Positions 63,064 to 64,000 of a DNA stretch of 64,000 bases are shown here, in pieces. Position 1 is the first letter of the stretch. Every line of letters begins with the position of its first letter. Below the pieces are notes generated by a model that made no database searches, was not told the DNA's origin, and worked only from the letters and a program-made list of their open reading frames with translations. The stretch spans positions 1,575,470-1,639,469 of the forward strand of contig MEUD01000001.1 in the NCBI GenBank assembly GCA_001771575.1, in the 5' to 3' direction. The position numbers and the translations under genes are program-made. This DNA comes from a candidate division WOR-1 bacterium RIFOXYB2_FULL_45_9 (GTDB lineage Bacteria > Margulisbacteria > WOR-1 > O2-12-FULL-45-9 > XYB2-FULL-48-7).

Positions 63064-63924
63064 CTATCTATGCGCCAACCCGTGGATCTCGTCCTTAAAA
63101 AGAAATATCCCCCACTGTTCGGGGTGGTTTTTGATAAAAGGCTCGAAGTAGTTTTTGATCCGTTCCATCATTTCCGGTTTGTTCTCCCGGTCGATCTGGA
63201 AAGGGGGCTGGAAGTTAATGACCACTTTTTTCCCCACCCGGCGGGCGAGGCACATGACAATCTCGGCGCGCGAGCGCTGGGCCAGGGTCAGCCAGCCGGT
63301 CGCGACCGGCAGATCGCGGCCCAAAAAACGGATCTCTTCGTGCCGCCCTTCGTTGGCGCCGGTATCCAGCAGGAGGCCGATGATCTGGTTGTCGGAGAGG
63401 CTTTTGATCGATTCCAGGTACATGTTGCTGTCCAGGACGTTGATCAGTTTGGTCCCGTGAGCAGTCCGCGCCTGGTTGATGATCTTAAAAAGCGGGTCGT
63501 CGGGCGCTTTGACGATCGAGGTGACCCGGTAGCCCCGGCTCGAGAGAAAGGCGGGGACGATCTCGTAGTTGCCGGTATGCATGGTCAGGAAAAGGCCGCC
63601 GTTCCTTTTGGCGAGCGCCAGGTCGATATTTTCCAACCCCTCGACCTTGATCACCCGGTTAAAGTGCTCTTCCCTGAAGTAGGGGAGGCAAAGGAGCTCA
63701 AAGATCGAATAGCTGATGTTGCGGAGGAGAAAGTCGGCCTTTGGCCGGCCGCTGGTCCCGGGAAAGAACATTTCAAAGTTGCGGGCGACCGTTTTCTTGA
63801 TCGGGGTCAAACGCACGACCTGGTAGACCGCTTCGGCGGCAAAGCGCATCAGGTAGATCGCCATCGGCGCCGGGAGCAAAAAGATCAGGCGCAGTTTTAG
63901 CCGGAGTAATTTTAGTAAGATCAT
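63064..63924 (-). CDS. lipid A biosynthesis late acyltransferase (LpxL/HtrB-like, LPLAT superfamily)
   Basis: N-terminal TM anchor and the acyltransferase HX4D/E box (MHTGNYE). 286 aa. Start ATG overlaps the stop of the upstream partial ABC exporter gene (ATGA). Confidence 0.75.
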   Translation of the reverse strand: MILLKLLRLKLRLIFLLPAPMAIYLMRFAAEAVYQVVRLTPIKKTVARNFEMFFPGTSGRPKADFLLRNISYSIFELLCLPYFREEHFNRVIKVEGLENIDLALAKRNGGLFLTMHTGNYEIVPAFLSSRGYRVTSIVKAPDDPLFKIINQARTAHGTKLINVLDSNMYLESIKSLSDNQIIGLLLDTGANEGRHEEIRFLGRDLPVATGWLTLAQRSRAEIVMCLARRVGKKVVINFQPPFQIDRENKPEMMERIKNYFEPFIKNHPEQWGIFLFKDEIHGLAHR

Positions 63925-64000
63925 GCCTTATTTTTTAGTTGGATCTCGCTCAAGTACTGGTAGAGTCCCCCCCTGGCCAGGAGCTCCTGATGGGTGCCGA
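63921..64000 (-). CDS. C-terminus of an ABC exporter ATP-binding/permease protein (MsbA-like), partial at window edge
   Basis: Reverse strand reads …GTHQELLARGGLYQYLSEIQLKNKA*, the typical extreme C-terminus of MsbA-type ABC exporters. Only 26 codons are visible. Confidence 0.45.
   Translation of the reverse strand, partial: GTHQELLARGGLYQYLSEIQLKNKA

Noticed and set aside
62860-63900. 346-aa + strand ORF over the lpxL-like gene
   Set aside because: Antisense to a gene with an LPLAT HX4E box and an N-terminal TM anchor. The + frame also reads through the intergenic tandem repeat.
1-64000. Search for CRISPR arrays, tRNA and rRNA genes
   Set aside because: No regularly spaced direct repeats, no cloverleaf-compatible 70-90-nt intergenic segments and no rRNA-like conserved blocks were seen. 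Intergenic regions are short and accounted for.

Overview
This 64-kb window is mostly a + strand housekeeping run from about 160 to 23,000, followed by a mixed-strand region and then a long, mostly minus-strand cell-envelope glycosylation / lipid A cluster from about 45.6 to 64 kb. Overall GC is moderately high, roughly mid-50s percent. The host looks like an uncultivated diderm bacterium: it has small outer-membrane beta-barrel paralogs, LPS heptosyltransferases (GT9), LpxL, an LpxB-like protein and a partial MsbA.

Recognisable housekeeping genes: leuC/hacA-type aconitase, thiC, thiL, thiG-thiH-thiS, folC, bioA, hisS, xerC/D-type recombinase, mreB-mreC-mreD-mrdA, rplY, rpmE, prfA-prmC, cbiM, nnrE, rfbC, a pseudouridine synthase and two radical SAM enzymes. 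No rRNA, tRNA or CRISPR array was recognised.

Four AT-rich or repeat-bounded accessory insertions stand out:
- A ~1.6-kb AT-rich island (about 1540..3105) carrying a Zn-ribbon+HEPN-like (DUF4145, Rx4H) gene and a DUF3800 gene. This is a candidate two-gene defence/abortive-infection module.
- A 512-bp element with ~50-bp imperfect terminal inverted repeats (13848..14359). It carries a DUF559 (Vsr-like endonuclease fold) gene and sits exactly between the stop of an M50 protease gene and the start of folC.
- An AT-rich islet (about 27900..29060) with an ORF6N (phage antirepressor-like) gene, whose low-GC sequence extends into the 3' end of prmC.
- A single hypothetical gene bracketed by a 30-bp near-perfect direct repeat that duplicates the first codons of nnrE.

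Other structure not explained by the gene calls:
- A dispersed 31-nt REP-like palindrome in three copies.
- A recurring extended -10 promoter motif TGTTATAATT, placed 6 nt before the ATG of thiL and hisS, which suggests leaderless mRNAs.
- An orphan FliK-like + FlhB-C-terminal-domain gene pair.
- Four tandem ArnT/PMT-like (GT39/83) membrane glycosyltransferase paralogs, with an ArnC-like polyprenyl-phosphate glycosyltransferase and an amidinotransferase-superfamily-like gene nested among them.

All calls are from reading the sequence and the supplied ORF translations. No database search was run.
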